Assembly (NCBI GenBank): GCA_902533295.1
Contig: CACALG010000001.1
Span: 19,048-83,047, forward strand
Direction: 5' to 3'
DNA length: 64,000 nt
From: an uncultured marine group III euryarchaeote
Lineage (GTDB): Archaea > Thermoplasmatota > Poseidoniia > MGIII > CG-Epi1
Positions 28,720 through 38,511 of this stretch are shown here, piece by piece; the first letter of the stretch is position 1; each line of letters begins with the position of its first letter. Made by a program: the position numbers and the translations under genes. The notes under the pieces are model-generated. The model searched no databases. It saw only the letters and a list, made by a program, of their open reading frames with translations, and was not told where the DNA came from.

Positions 28720-30075
28720 GACTTTTGATATACACAAACCCAAATCAGTTGGTAAAAAACCAGCCCCATATTCTTCGTAACATAGTTCTCCTGCCCTTCC
28801 TAATACATATGCACCTAAACGTCCTGCTTCGAATGATGACAAACCTTTAGCCATTAAACCTCCACAGAGTCCGGACAATAAGTCTCCAGTTCCTCCTACT
28901 GCCATTCTAGGATGTCCTGTAGTATTTATCTTAAAAGAAATCCCATTTGTGATAAAATCTCTTTCACCTTTTAATAATAAAGATATATGGTTAAAACTTG
29001 CAAATTTCATTAAACCAGATCTATTATTCTCGACCTTTAACCGTGCCAATTCCCCTGAATGAGGCGTGAGTAAGATATTATTTTTTCTAAAACTATAGAT
29101 ATCTATTGCATCAGCATCGATTACTACATTTTCAAAATTATCTATTATACCCTGAACGGCTTCAATAGAATCCTCGTGTTTACCCATGCCAGGACCTATA
29201 ACAACACTATCAAATTTATTTCCACCTATTGATGCTAAAACCTCTTTATTAATCCTATTTCCTTCCAATTTATGTACTATAAGTTCAGGTGCAAATGAAG
29301 AAACTTGTTCATATGAAACTTCTGGGACAAAAACATGAACCAAATCCACTCCACTTCTGTACGCACCAATAGCTGCTAGAGCAGGCGCCCCTGAATATTC
29401 TCCACCTCCTACTATTGCCACTTTACCATTTTGACCCTTGTACTTCTTTGAATCAAATTTAGGAAATAACAATAATTCCCCCGGTCCTGTTAATTCATCA
29501 ATATCAGAAGGAAAACCTACGTCAACAACAATAATTTCTCCACAATTAGTTTGGTTCATCCCTATTTTTTTCTCATGGAAAGTGATGGTTTGTGAAGGTT
29601 TCACAGATTTAGGCGTCCCAAACCCTGATGGAACATCAACAGATATTACATTTTCAAACTGATCGACTTTTCCTATTATTTCTTTGTAAGGTGGACGTGG
29701 TTGACCAATTATGCCAGATCCTAATAAACAATCAACTATTATTACTGATTTCTCGCCGAAATCACTCAGCTTTGTAATTTTCTTTATATTCCCATTATAA
29801 TTATCTAAGGCTCTCTTAGACGTTTCTGTTTTAGGTTCTTTTACATAATATACTTCTACATCAAATCCTTCATCTTTTAAAATTCCTGCAGCCACAAAAC
29901 CATCACCTCCATTATTACCATGCCCACAAATGAATTTTAGTGGAATTGTGTGCTCTATATTCTCAGATATGTGTTTAGCTACTTGAACTCCTGCATTCGT
30001 CATCAATTCAAAAAAATCAAGGCCATAATACTCTGCATTAATGTCTAAAATCTGGAACTCTACTAATTTTCTCAT
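28705..30075 (-). CDS. nnr: Bifunctional NAD(P)H-hydrate repair enzyme (epimerase/dehydratase)
   Basis: YjeF N-terminal domain GHGNNGGDGFVAA and a C-terminal carbohydrate-kinase domain with GGTGDLLSG. Confidence 0.88.
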   Translation of the reverse strand: MRKLVEFQILDINAEYYGLDFFELMTNAGVQVAKHISENIEHTIPLKFICGHGNNGGDGFVAAGILKDEGFDVEVYYVKEPKTETSKRALDNYNGNIKKITKLSDFGEKSVIIVDCLLGSGIIGQPRPPYKEIIGKVDQFENVISVDVPSGFGTPKSVKPSQTITFHEKKIGMNQTNCGEIIVVDVGFPSDIDELTGPGELLLFPKFDSKKYKGQNGKVAIVGGGEYSGAPALAAIGAYRSGVDLVHVFVPEVSYEQVSSFAPELIVHKLEGNRINKEVLASIGGNKFDSVVIGPGMGKHEDSIEAVQGIIDNFENVVIDADAIDIYSFRKNNILLTPHSGELARLKVENNRSGLMKFASFNHISLLLKGERDFITNGISFKINTTGHPRMAVGGTGDLLSGLCGGLMAKGLSSFEAGRLGAYVLGRAGELCYEEYGAGFLPTDLGLCISKVLSRK

Positions 30076-30998
30076 ATAACTGTTAACTGATAAATAAAGA
30101 ATAAAAAGAAAGCAAACAGTAGTGAACCACTTAGTCTATTTAATGGAATACGAATTAAACCGAAAGTAACCAAAGTTAAGATAATCAGTAATGGGAGAGT
30201 TTGCTCAACAACAAAATCTTGGACTGCTATAGGATTAATTAGTGACAATATACCCATAACTAGAAAGATATTTGCTATATTCGATCCAATAACATTTCCT
30301 ACAGCTATTTCTTTATGTCCCATCCTTGCGGCAGATATAGTTCCTGCTAATTCTGGTAAACTAGTTCCTACTGCTACAACACTCAAACCAATTACAATTT
30401 CAGGAATGCCAATTGCTATCGCAATCTCCACTGCTGAATCAACTGTTAATTGAGCTCCAATCAGCAATGCAATAAGACCTCCTAACAAGTAAATATACGA
30501 TGTCTTAGAATCATCAGAATTGACTTCATCTCCTTTTGTTCTATTGTAAAGCCAAAAAATATAAATTATGTAAAGTGAGAAAAATACGCCACCCTCAAAT
30601 TGAGATATTGATTTATCCATTGCAAAGAAATATAACATCAATACAGCCAATAGCATTACATAACTGTCATTATTTGCATCTTTATCTGGCAAAATATCAG
30701 TTTTAAGGACATAATAAAAAATGAAGGTCGAGACGGATAATACTAAACCTATATTTGATATATTAGAACCAACAATATTGCCTAATGCTAGGTCGTTGTA
30801 ATTATTTATTGATGATATGATTGAAACTAGCAACTCAGGTAAACTAGTCCCAAAAGCAACAATGGTGACGCCTACAACATGTGGTGAAATTCCTTTTTCC
30901 TCAGCAAAAGATGCTGAATTTTCAATAAAGTAGTCAGCTCCTTTAGTTAACAAAATAAATCCTACAATCAAAAGTAAGACTGCTAAAATTAAACTCAT
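30072..30998 (-). CDS. Na+/Ca2+ exchanger (CaCA/YrbG family) membrane protein
   Basis: Two alpha-repeat signatures, GTSLPEL...GNIVGSNI and GTSLPEL...GNVIGSNI; polytopic. Confidence 0.85.
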   Translation of the reverse strand: MSLILAVLLLIVGFILLTKGADYFIENSASFAEEKGISPHVVGVTIVAFGTSLPELLVSIISSINNYNDLALGNIVGSNISNIGLVLSVSTFIFYYVLKTDILPDKDANNDSYVMLLAVLMLYFFAMDKSISQFEGGVFFSLYIIYIFWLYNRTKGDEVNSDDSKTSYIYLLGGLIALLIGAQLTVDSAVEIAIAIGIPEIVIGLSVVAVGTSLPELAGTISAARMGHKEIAVGNVIGSNIANIFLVMGILSLINPIAVQDFVVEQTLPLLIILTLVTFGLIRIPLNRLSGSLLFAFFLFFIYQLTVI

Positions 30999-32305
30999 CT
31001 GAGGCTCTCCATGTGATTTATTCTCTTTTGTATTAATTCTGATTTTCCTATATCATGCCTAGTAAATAAATTCTTACCAGAAACAAATGATAAACCAGTT
31101 TCACATTTTTCTTCAGCCTCCTTGATAGACTTCCCTGTAGAAACAATTGCAGCCGCTCTAGAACTTGTTGTAGTTATAATTCCATCTTTATTCAAATTTA
31201 CTGCAGCATAATAGAGATCTGAATATTTACTATAAGAATCATCAACAATCAGAGTCGCATCTTTTGCTGGATTACTTCCATATCCTTTTGGAACCACGTA
31301 CTTACACACTGAAGCATAATTGCTAAAATTTACAGAAGTCAAATTACCTTCTACAATATCATTACATATTGAAGCCAAATCTGTTTTTAACAAAGATAAA
31401 AGATTCATCGCCTCAGGGTCGCCAAAACGTGCATTATATTCTATCAATTTAACTCCATTAGCTGTTGCCATAAACCCACCATAAAGAATTCCTCGATATG
31501 GTTCACCAGTATGATCAAACAAAGCTTGGGCAACTCGTTCATTTATCTCTCTTGCCTCCGAAATTTCAGTATCATTTAAGAATGGTAGGGAATGGTTACT
31601 ATCTGAATAACACCCCATACCTCCTGTATTTGGCCCAACGTCTCCATCATATGCTCTTTTGTGATCCTGTATAGCAGGCATATGAGCTAGATTTTTACCA
31701 TCACAAAAACTCATTAATGAAAATTCTTCCCCTATTAATTTTTCCTCAATAACAAATATACCTTTCCGAGAAATAATGTCTTTACAATAACCTAGCCCCT
31801 CATCTATATTATCCAAATGTTCCCCTGATACTTTAACGCCTTTACCACCCATCAAACCATCAAATTTGACTACATAATTTTCTGACAACAACTCAATAAA
31901 TTCTTTTACACCTCCCATACTATCAAACCGTTTGTACAAAGGAGATGAATCTATGTTATATTTAGTCAATAAATCTCTGGTGAAACCTTTGCTAGTTTCT
32001 ATTTGCGCTAAAATCCTAAGAGGGCCTACAACAGGAAATCCTTTTTTCCAGAACAAATCTGAAAAACCATGCGCTAGAGGATCCTCAGGTCCAATAACTA
32101 CACAATCAATTCTATTTTCTACAGAAAAATCGATTATTTTTTTTTGCTCATTCACAAAATTATTAACAGGTAATGTCTTTTCAGAAATTGATATCAATCC
32201 AGGGTTAGAATTTGTTATAATTGAAAAAACAGTTGCCCCTGATTGTGACAATTTCTCACCTATTATATGCTCTCGAGCACCGCTTCCCATAACTAAAAAA
32301 TTCAT
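30995..32305 (-). CDS. purD: Phosphoribosylamine-glycine ligase
   Basis: Full-length PurD pattern: MGSGAREH, GPNTGGMG, EYNARFGDPE. Confidence 0.92.
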   Translation of the reverse strand: MNFLVMGSGAREHIIGEKLSQSGATVFSIITNSNPGLISISEKTLPVNNFVNEQKKIIDFSVENRIDCVVIGPEDPLAHGFSDLFWKKGFPVVGPLRILAQIETSKGFTRDLLTKYNIDSSPLYKRFDSMGGVKEFIELLSENYVVKFDGLMGGKGVKVSGEHLDNIDEGLGYCKDIISRKGIFVIEEKLIGEEFSLMSFCDGKNLAHMPAIQDHKRAYDGDVGPNTGGMGCYSDSNHSLPFLNDTEISEAREINERVAQALFDHTGEPYRGILYGGFMATANGVKLIEYNARFGDPEAMNLLSLLKTDLASICNDIVEGNLTSVNFSNYASVCKYVVPKGYGSNPAKDATLIVDDSYSKYSDLYYAAVNLNKDGIITTTSSRAAAIVSTGKSIKEAEEKCETGLSFVSGKNLFTRHDIGKSELIQKRINHMESLR

Positions 32306-32832
32306 TAATCCACCAAATCAGATATTTTAATTAAACTTCTATAATCCAAATTAAAAGGATTTATCTTTTCTTCAGCACCTTCTTCTCTATCGACAACAAC
32401 CATCACCTGAATAACTTCCACTCCTTCATCTACTAACGATTTAATCGATTCAACGTTAGAGCCACCTGTTGTTGCTACATCATCAACAAGAATTGCTTTA
32501 CCCTCACTTGGCCCTTCAATACGTGAGCCGGTCCCATGTTCACGAGCCGTCTTTCGTATCATTGAATAAGGAATTCCTGTTTCTAAGGAAAGTGCTACTG
32601 CTAAAGGAACAGCTCCTAATTCCATACCTGCTATGAAATCTACTTCATCTGATATGTGTTTAGCGAATTCTTTTGCTATACAGCCTAAAATATCAGGATC
32701 AGTAGATGCCAATTTCATATCTACATAAAACTTGGATTTCTTACCTGATGTCAAAGTAAAATCTCCAAATTTTACAGCTTGACAATCTAACAATTTTTGC
32801 TTTAAGATATCCAATGAGGAAGGGCCCTGCAT
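32305..32832 (-). CDS. pyrE: Orotate phosphoribosyltransferase
   Basis: PRPP-binding loop ILVDDVATTGGS, FTLTSGKKSKFYVD, ~175 aa. Confidence 0.8.
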   Translation of the reverse strand: MQGPSSLDILKQKLLDCQAVKFGDFTLTSGKKSKFYVDMKLASTDPDILGCIAKEFAKHISDEVDFIAGMELGAVPLAVALSLETGIPYSMIRKTAREHGTGSRIEGPSEGKAILVDDVATTGGSNVESIKSLVDEGVEVIQVMVVVDREEGAEEKINPFNLDYRSLIKISDLVD

Positions 32833-32867
32833 ATCTCGTTATAGAATGCCTTAAAAAATTAGTATCC

Positions 32868-33905
32868 CTAATTAAAAACCTTAATAGCAGATGGTAAAAC
32901 CTTGATATCTATTGGAGTTGTCCCCAAATTTTCTCCATCAATATTTATTGAAGTTGGTTCATCTGTCTCAATACGTAATGTCTTGAATCTATAAAATTCT
33001 ACATTAGGATTCCATACATGGGAACCTTGAGCTTTTAATTGATTAAATAACTTGAGAATTTTGAATCTACCGATATGATAAATTATACCAAGATCCATCT
33101 TTCCATCATCAATCTGAGCTTTTGGTGCCAACCTAAGTCTATCACCACCTGTGCATGTATTTTGTATCAAAAGTAAAACAAAATCCGACTCAATGAGATG
33201 TCCATCGATGAAACATTTGGCTTTCCTTACTTTACCTCTTATAATACTAAGAAGGACACCAATATCATACCTTAAGGGTCCAAGGAAGCGCATTTTTTCT
33301 GCTAGGATGTTAGAATCTACACCCAGCCCCCATCCTACAAGATTATGAGAATATCTTAATACTTCCTTATCATCCTCTAAAAAACGAGTTTCAGCAATAT
33401 CCATCAACCTTACTCTTCCTTTAGTAATTCTCTCGACAGCATCCATGTAATCTGATATTTCCATATCATTAGCTTGACTATTTCCAGTTCCTGCAGGAAC
33501 AATAGCTAATGGAATATTGGGAGCCTCTTCTGTACGACTCATAAAACCAGATATGACTTCACAAAAGGTTCCGTCACCTCCAACAGTGACTATTGTATCA
33601 CCATCATTCAAATCTATATTTCTTGCAATTTCTATTGCATGTTCAGGTCTTTCAGTAACATATAATACAACTTCTATTTTGGAATTAGTTAATTCCTCTT
33701 TGACAAAATTGCCTACAGTAATTCCTTTTTTCTTTCCCGAATAAGGATTAACAATGACATGTGCTTTAGTTACATTATACTGCTCTTTGAATTGTAAATT
33801 AGAAAAATGAGAGACTTTATTAGGAGGTGAAAAATATTTGCTACCGAAGAAACCTCTTTGCACTTCTGGCTCTTCAAATATTACTTTCTCAGGGCCTTCA
33901 ACCAT
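32868..33905 (-). CDS. Lipid kinase of the diacylglycerol kinase catalytic-domain family (YegS/BmrU/sphingosine-kinase-like)
   Basis: VTVGGDGTFCEV (GGDGT) and PAGTGNS motifs, with the DAGK_cat-type architecture. Confidence 0.75.
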   Translation of the reverse strand: MVEGPEKVIFEEPEVQRGFFGSKYFSPPNKVSHFSNLQFKEQYNVTKAHVIVNPYSGKKKGITVGNFVKEELTNSKIEVVLYVTERPEHAIEIARNIDLNDGDTIVTVGGDGTFCEVISGFMSRTEEAPNIPLAIVPAGTGNSQANDMEISDYMDAVERITKGRVRLMDIAETRFLEDDKEVLRYSHNLVGWGLGVDSNILAEKMRFLGPLRYDIGVLLSIIRGKVRKAKCFIDGHLIESDFVLLLIQNTCTGGDRLRLAPKAQIDDGKMDLGIIYHIGRFKILKLFNQLKAQGSHVWNPNVEFYRFKTLRIETDEPTSINIDGENLGTTPIDIKVLPSAIKVFN

Positions 33906-33999
33906 TACAAAACTATTGTATTAACCTTTATAAGGTAGCTTCTGTCGAGACAAATACGGGAATGTGGCGAAAGCTGAACCCTAGAAGTGAGGAATCGCG

Positions 34000-34620
34000 A
34001 TGAGTAAATCATTATACAACTACGTAAGAGACCAATGGAAATCTCCATCTGGTGATGTAAAAAAATTACACAAAACAAGGCTAGTGCAGTATCGTGGAGA
34101 AGACGCTACTACTAAAATTGAAAGACCAACCAGAATTGATAGAGCAAGGGCCTTGGGTTATAGGGCAAAACAAGGATATGTTTTAGCACGTACTAGAATA
34201 AGAAGAGGAGGTATGCGAAAGCATGCTATAACTTCTGGCCGTAGAGCAAAGCGTGCGGGTATATCTAAAATAACAATGGGGAAAAATTTGCAAATGATTG
34301 CAGAAGAAAGAACTTCTAAAAAATATCCAAACTTAGAGATATTAAATTCATATTGGGTTGCAGAAGATGGACGTTACAAATGGTATGAAATGATAATGGT
34401 TGATCCAAACCATCCAGTCATAATGGCTGATCCAAAAATAAACTGGATTTGTAATAGAGCTCAAAAAGGAAGAGTTCATAGAGCTTTAACATCTGCAGGG
34501 AAAAAATCTAGAGGATTGATGAATAAAGGTAAGGGTGCTGAAAAATTAAGGCCAAGTCGCCGTAAGCACATGGTAAGAACCAAACAGAGCCGCACACCAC
34601 ACCCTCCAAGAAAAACCTAA
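34000..34620 (+). CDS. rpl15e: Ribosomal protein L15e
   Basis: YRAKQGYVLARTRIRRGG and WYEMIMVDPNHP are characteristic of L15e. Confidence 0.92.
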   Translation: MSKSLYNYVRDQWKSPSGDVKKLHKTRLVQYRGEDATTKIERPTRIDRARALGYRAKQGYVLARTRIRRGGMRKHAITSGRRAKRAGISKITMGKNLQMIAEERTSKKYPNLEILNSYWVAEDGRYKWYEMIMVDPNHPVIMADPKINWICNRAQKGRVHRALTSAGKKSRGLMNKGKGAEKLRPSRRKHMVRTKQSRTPHPPRKT

Positions 34621-34660
34621 GGAAGTTGATAAAATCGCCTACAATCGTAAAAATCCATTC

Positions 34661-35770
34661 ATGGCCACTGTAGTGGATGCACACTGCATATCTGAAGGTT
34701 CATACAAAGAAACAAACCACTATGCAGTATCCATAAGAGGAAGTGGAATCAGGTACAAACCTGGAGACTCTATGGGTTTTTATCCTAGTAATGATGAGGA
34801 CTTAGCAAAACAAACACTAAGAGCTATTGGCGCAAAAAAGAACGTTATTGTTGAAACTAAAGAAACTGGGAAAATAGAACTTTTTGATGCATTACTGAAT
34901 CGGTTCACAATTCATAGAGCTGGAAAGAAATTTTTAAGCGCAGTAGTTTCTAAAATGAAAAAAGGAAAAGAGAAAGACGAATTAACCAAAATACTAGAAG
35001 ATCGTGATAAGACTGAAAAATATTTGTTCACAAGAGACTGTATAGATATTCTAAATGAACATCTGGTTCATTTTGAACCACAGGAATTCATAGATACTTT
35101 ATCGCCTATAACTCCAAGATTGTATTCTATTAGTTCTTCACCTAAATTACATCCTGGTGAAATACATTTAACTATTGCAATAGTAAAATACAATAATTTT
35201 GATAGAGATAGATACGGTTTAGCAACAGGTCACTTAGCAAAAGAAGTAGATGTAAATAAAACAAATATTCCCGTCTATGTACAACCAACAAAAGAATTTA
35301 TTCTTCCAAAGGATAAATCTAAAGATATTATTATGGTTGGGCCTGGAACTGGTATTGCACCATTTAGAGCATTTATTGAACACCGGAAAGCTACTGAAGC
35401 AACAGGAAGAAATTGGTTATTCTTCGGTGAAGTAAATCAAGATTCTACCTTCTTTTACAACGATGAATGGGCTGAATACATGAAAGGTGGAAACTTAGAC
35501 AAACTAACTACTGCATTTTCCAGAGATCAAGAAGATAAAATATACGTGCAACATAGATTACTAAGTAATGCTAAGGAAATATGGGAATGGTTAGACAATG
35601 GTGCTTATTTCTATGTTTGTGGTGACAAACAATACATGGCTAAAGATGTTCATAAAGCCTTAATAGAAATTGCTGAGAAAGAAGGTAAAATGAAAAAGAA
35701 AGATGCTGAGAATTACATTAATCAAACATTAATGAAAGATGAACATAGATATCTCAGAGACATTTACTGA
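34661..35770 (+). CDS. CysJ / cytochrome-P450-reductase-type FAD/NADPH-binding oxidoreductase module without a flavodoxin domain
   Basis: RLYSISSSP, GPGTGIAPFRAF, YVCGD..YMAKDV and a terminal RYLRDIY. Confidence 0.8.
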   Translation: MATVVDAHCISEGSYKETNHYAVSIRGSGIRYKPGDSMGFYPSNDEDLAKQTLRAIGAKKNVIVETKETGKIELFDALLNRFTIHRAGKKFLSAVVSKMKKGKEKDELTKILEDRDKTEKYLFTRDCIDILNEHLVHFEPQEFIDTLSPITPRLYSISSSPKLHPGEIHLTIAIVKYNNFDRDRYGLATGHLAKEVDVNKTNIPVYVQPTKEFILPKDKSKDIIMVGPGTGIAPFRAFIEHRKATEATGRNWLFFGEVNQDSTFFYNDEWAEYMKGGNLDKLTTAFSRDQEDKIYVQHRLLSNAKEIWEWLDNGAYFYVCGDKQYMAKDVHKALIEIAEKEGKMKKKDAENYINQTLMKDEHRYLRDIY

Positions 35771-35785
35771 TTTTTTTCTTTTCTT
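35771..35785 (+). terminator. Oligo-T tract immediately after the stop codon (candidate archaeal terminator)
   Basis: tttttttcttttctt directly follows TGA at 35768-35770, in a convergent intergenic region. Confidence 0.35.
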
Positions 35786-35872
35786 CGTCCATTTAATCAT
35801 TCAAAAGATGTTCATCCTGTTTGGAACAAACCAATAGAGAAGACCAAATAATCTCCTCATAATTATCTACAA

Positions 35873-38437
35873 CTAATCCTTTTCCTTTCCACCCTGCTGA
35901 ATTATTTCACCAGTTTGTGAATCATAAGTATTACCAGTTACTGGATCATATCTAAAACCAGATTGTTTACTTGGAATCTGATTAGTGGAAGAAGTACCTG
36001 TATCATAATCATCAAAATAATCACCACCATCACCTAAGCGACTGTAAGCAAATATTCCAAGGCCTGCAACAGTTAAAACACCTAATGGAATCCAAATCAA
36101 AGGTTGATTAATTAATGAATCTTCTTCTTCTTCTTCCACCTCAATAATTTCTATCTCTTCCTCTACAGCAACCGTAACTTCTGCGGAAACGCGATTATCT
36201 AATTCATTAAACTCATCAATTATATTATCAGGATCAATCACTGCTTCGATGTAATAAAGTCCAGGTTCAGTGGGTTTCCAATAGAAAACTCTCACTTCCT
36301 CACCATTGACACGTCCCAAAGGTTTTGTTTGATATATATCAACTAATTCACCATCAATAAAGAGAGAAATTTCAGCTCCAATACACTCTTCTGAAGAGTT
36401 ATCAAAAGAAATACCAAATGGACATTCACAACAAATTTCAGGACCGAAATTTATAGCACTAATTTCTATCTCCAAAGTTTGATTCAAATATATCATACTT
36501 GGAATGTCTCCCATCTCGACAGATAATTGGAAATTTCGTGGTTTAACATTGATTGATAAATTTATTTTATTATCTGTTAAATTCAAATCTTCAAAGTCGC
36601 TGTTTGTTATCACTGCCTCTATTGTAATATTGTGAAGACCATCCATTGTTGTTGTCCTCCAGAAGACAGTTACAAATCGAATTTCTTCATAAGCTAAATT
36701 TTCTTGGGGAACATTGTAGATTGCATTACCTTCAAAATCATAAGTCTGTACTTCAGGTGAAGTGGAATTATCCAAGTAAACCAATAAATGGAATGATGGA
36801 ATTTTAGCCATATTATTCCTTACCTGAACAACCATTTCAACATTATCTCCACGAAATACAGTATCAACAGCATCAACAGATACTAAGGTCAAATCATAGT
36901 CCGGAGCGGCTACGTTGATTAGCATAGATTTTACATTATTAGAATCATCTAATTCTTCAATCTCCTTCGCTGAATCTGCATGCCCTGCTACGCTTGGTTG
37001 CTGCTCATCCCAAGTATATTCACCCGTAATATTGTAAAATTCCCCTTCATTCAAATTTAGAATCCAAGAATCAATAACTTCTCCATCAATTCTCAACTCA
37101 ATAGGGCAATTAGTGATATCCTGTGCTCCTTTGTTAAAGGCTGTAATTATTATATCCGAAGGCATACCTCTAACAGCTTGACCTACTACTGAAATCTCAT
37201 GGATGGTGATATCTGGTTTAGATTCTAGAACGACTAAGCTAAAAGTAAAATTATTATCTTCTTCATCCCATTCTTCAATTTCATTCAAAGGGTCAATTCT
37301 TATAATAATTGTATGGTTACCGATAATCTCTGTACCAGAACCTGCATCCCATGTTACAGTAGCTGGTTCAGTTGCAGATACTATCTCTTCTCCTACCCTT
37401 GTAGCATTATCCATATTACTAATGATACTATAACCAATTAGTGACTCAGCACCTCCCTCTGGTATATCATAAAACCCTACACGTACATTCTCAGCTCCAA
37501 CAACATAATCATCATTAAAAATATGAACTGTTAATTTAACAGAATGTTGGTCAAATACATCTTCCAACCAAGTGTCATCAGGATTTATTGTAATATTACG
37601 AGATTCATCTAAGGTTAACTCAGGTGTGTGTGCTCTGACTTGAACTGTAGCCTCATAAGTGTTGTCATCTTCCACAAATTCATCAATATCGTCATCAGAA
37701 TCTAGAACAATCGTAATCGTAAATTCTCCTATTCCATCAGGTTGCCATGTTATATTGTACTGACCAGAATCACCAGCCCCAATTATAGTTCTAACTTGGG
37801 GATTAGAAATTGTATTTGTTTGACCATCAAGTGTTTGACGAAATTCAATATTGAAATTTGTACAATCATCACGGCCATTATTATCAAAAAGAACTAAAAT
37901 ATCAACTGAATCTCCCTCTGCGGGATTTTCAGGTGTAAACATGATATTCAATTCCGCAGGTAGTGGTCTAAGATTTGCTAGAGGACCAGGAGGCACAGGA
38001 TATATGGTATATTCATATACGATTTTGTTATTATCTTCATCTGTTTCAATAATCTCGTCATCATAGTCCACAGAGATAGTCAAGACACGATCGCCAAATC
38101 CGCCGCACTCACTTGCACCACAAGTAATATCAATTATCGCAATCCTTTCATTACCAATAACTGGCTCAGTTTGTTCATGGATAGGAATACATTCATCTTC
38201 TGGATCACATTCAGAGGTACTATTCCATACAATAATTTTTACATCAGTAGCAGGATTTATAGGATCATGATTGACAACTTCGAAATATATTTCTAATTCT
38301 TCTCCTTGAAGAGGAAAATCTGGTGAAAACGTAAAATTAACTGGTTCTAGGTCTATAGCTTCGGCATCTCCTGTAAATAAGAACAGAACCAATACAGCCC
38401 CAAAAACGGTCACAATTGCACTCGTCAACCTTTTCAT
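35873..38437 (-). CDS. Surface protein (854 aa) made of CARDB-like Ig repeats; signal peptide and C-terminal TM anchor
   Basis: N-terminal AIVTVFGAVLVLFLF. About seven ~100-aa modules end in D(D/E)(D/S)NN-type motifs (DEDNNKIVYEY, EDDNTYEATVQV, EEDNNFTFSLVV, DDSNNVKSMLINV, ELDNRVSAEVTV). An E-rich linker precedes the TM helix LIWIPLGVLTVAGLGIFAY. Confidence 0.7.
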   Translation of the reverse strand: MKRLTSAIVTVFGAVLVLFLFTGDAEAIDLEPVNFTFSPDFPLQGEELEIYFEVVNHDPINPATDVKIIVWNSTSECDPEDECIPIHEQTEPVIGNERIAIIDITCGASECGGFGDRVLTISVDYDDEIIETDEDNNKIVYEYTIYPVPPGPLANLRPLPAELNIMFTPENPAEGDSVDILVLFDNNGRDDCTNFNIEFRQTLDGQTNTISNPQVRTIIGAGDSGQYNITWQPDGIGEFTITIVLDSDDDIDEFVEDDNTYEATVQVRAHTPELTLDESRNITINPDDTWLEDVFDQHSVKLTVHIFNDDYVVGAENVRVGFYDIPEGGAESLIGYSIISNMDNATRVGEEIVSATEPATVTWDAGSGTEIIGNHTIIIRIDPLNEIEEWDEEDNNFTFSLVVLESKPDITIHEISVVGQAVRGMPSDIIITAFNKGAQDITNCPIELRIDGEVIDSWILNLNEGEFYNITGEYTWDEQQPSVAGHADSAKEIEELDDSNNVKSMLINVAAPDYDLTLVSVDAVDTVFRGDNVEMVVQVRNNMAKIPSFHLLVYLDNSTSPEVQTYDFEGNAIYNVPQENLAYEEIRFVTVFWRTTTMDGLHNITIEAVITNSDFEDLNLTDNKINLSINVKPRNFQLSVEMGDIPSMIYLNQTLEIEISAINFGPEICCECPFGISFDNSSEECIGAEISLFIDGELVDIYQTKPLGRVNGEEVRVFYWKPTEPGLYYIEAVIDPDNIIDEFNELDNRVSAEVTVAVEEEIEIIEVEEEEEDSLINQPLIWIPLGVLTVAGLGIFAYSRLGDGGDYFDDYDTGTSSTNQIPSKQSGFRYDPVTGNTYDSQTGEIIQQGGKEKD

Positions 38438-38511
38438 TGTTATTACCGTTATAGTTTTGTTATATAAAAGAATGCCAAAAAAGTTTGGAAAAAAGAAACG
38501 CAGAGTTTATA

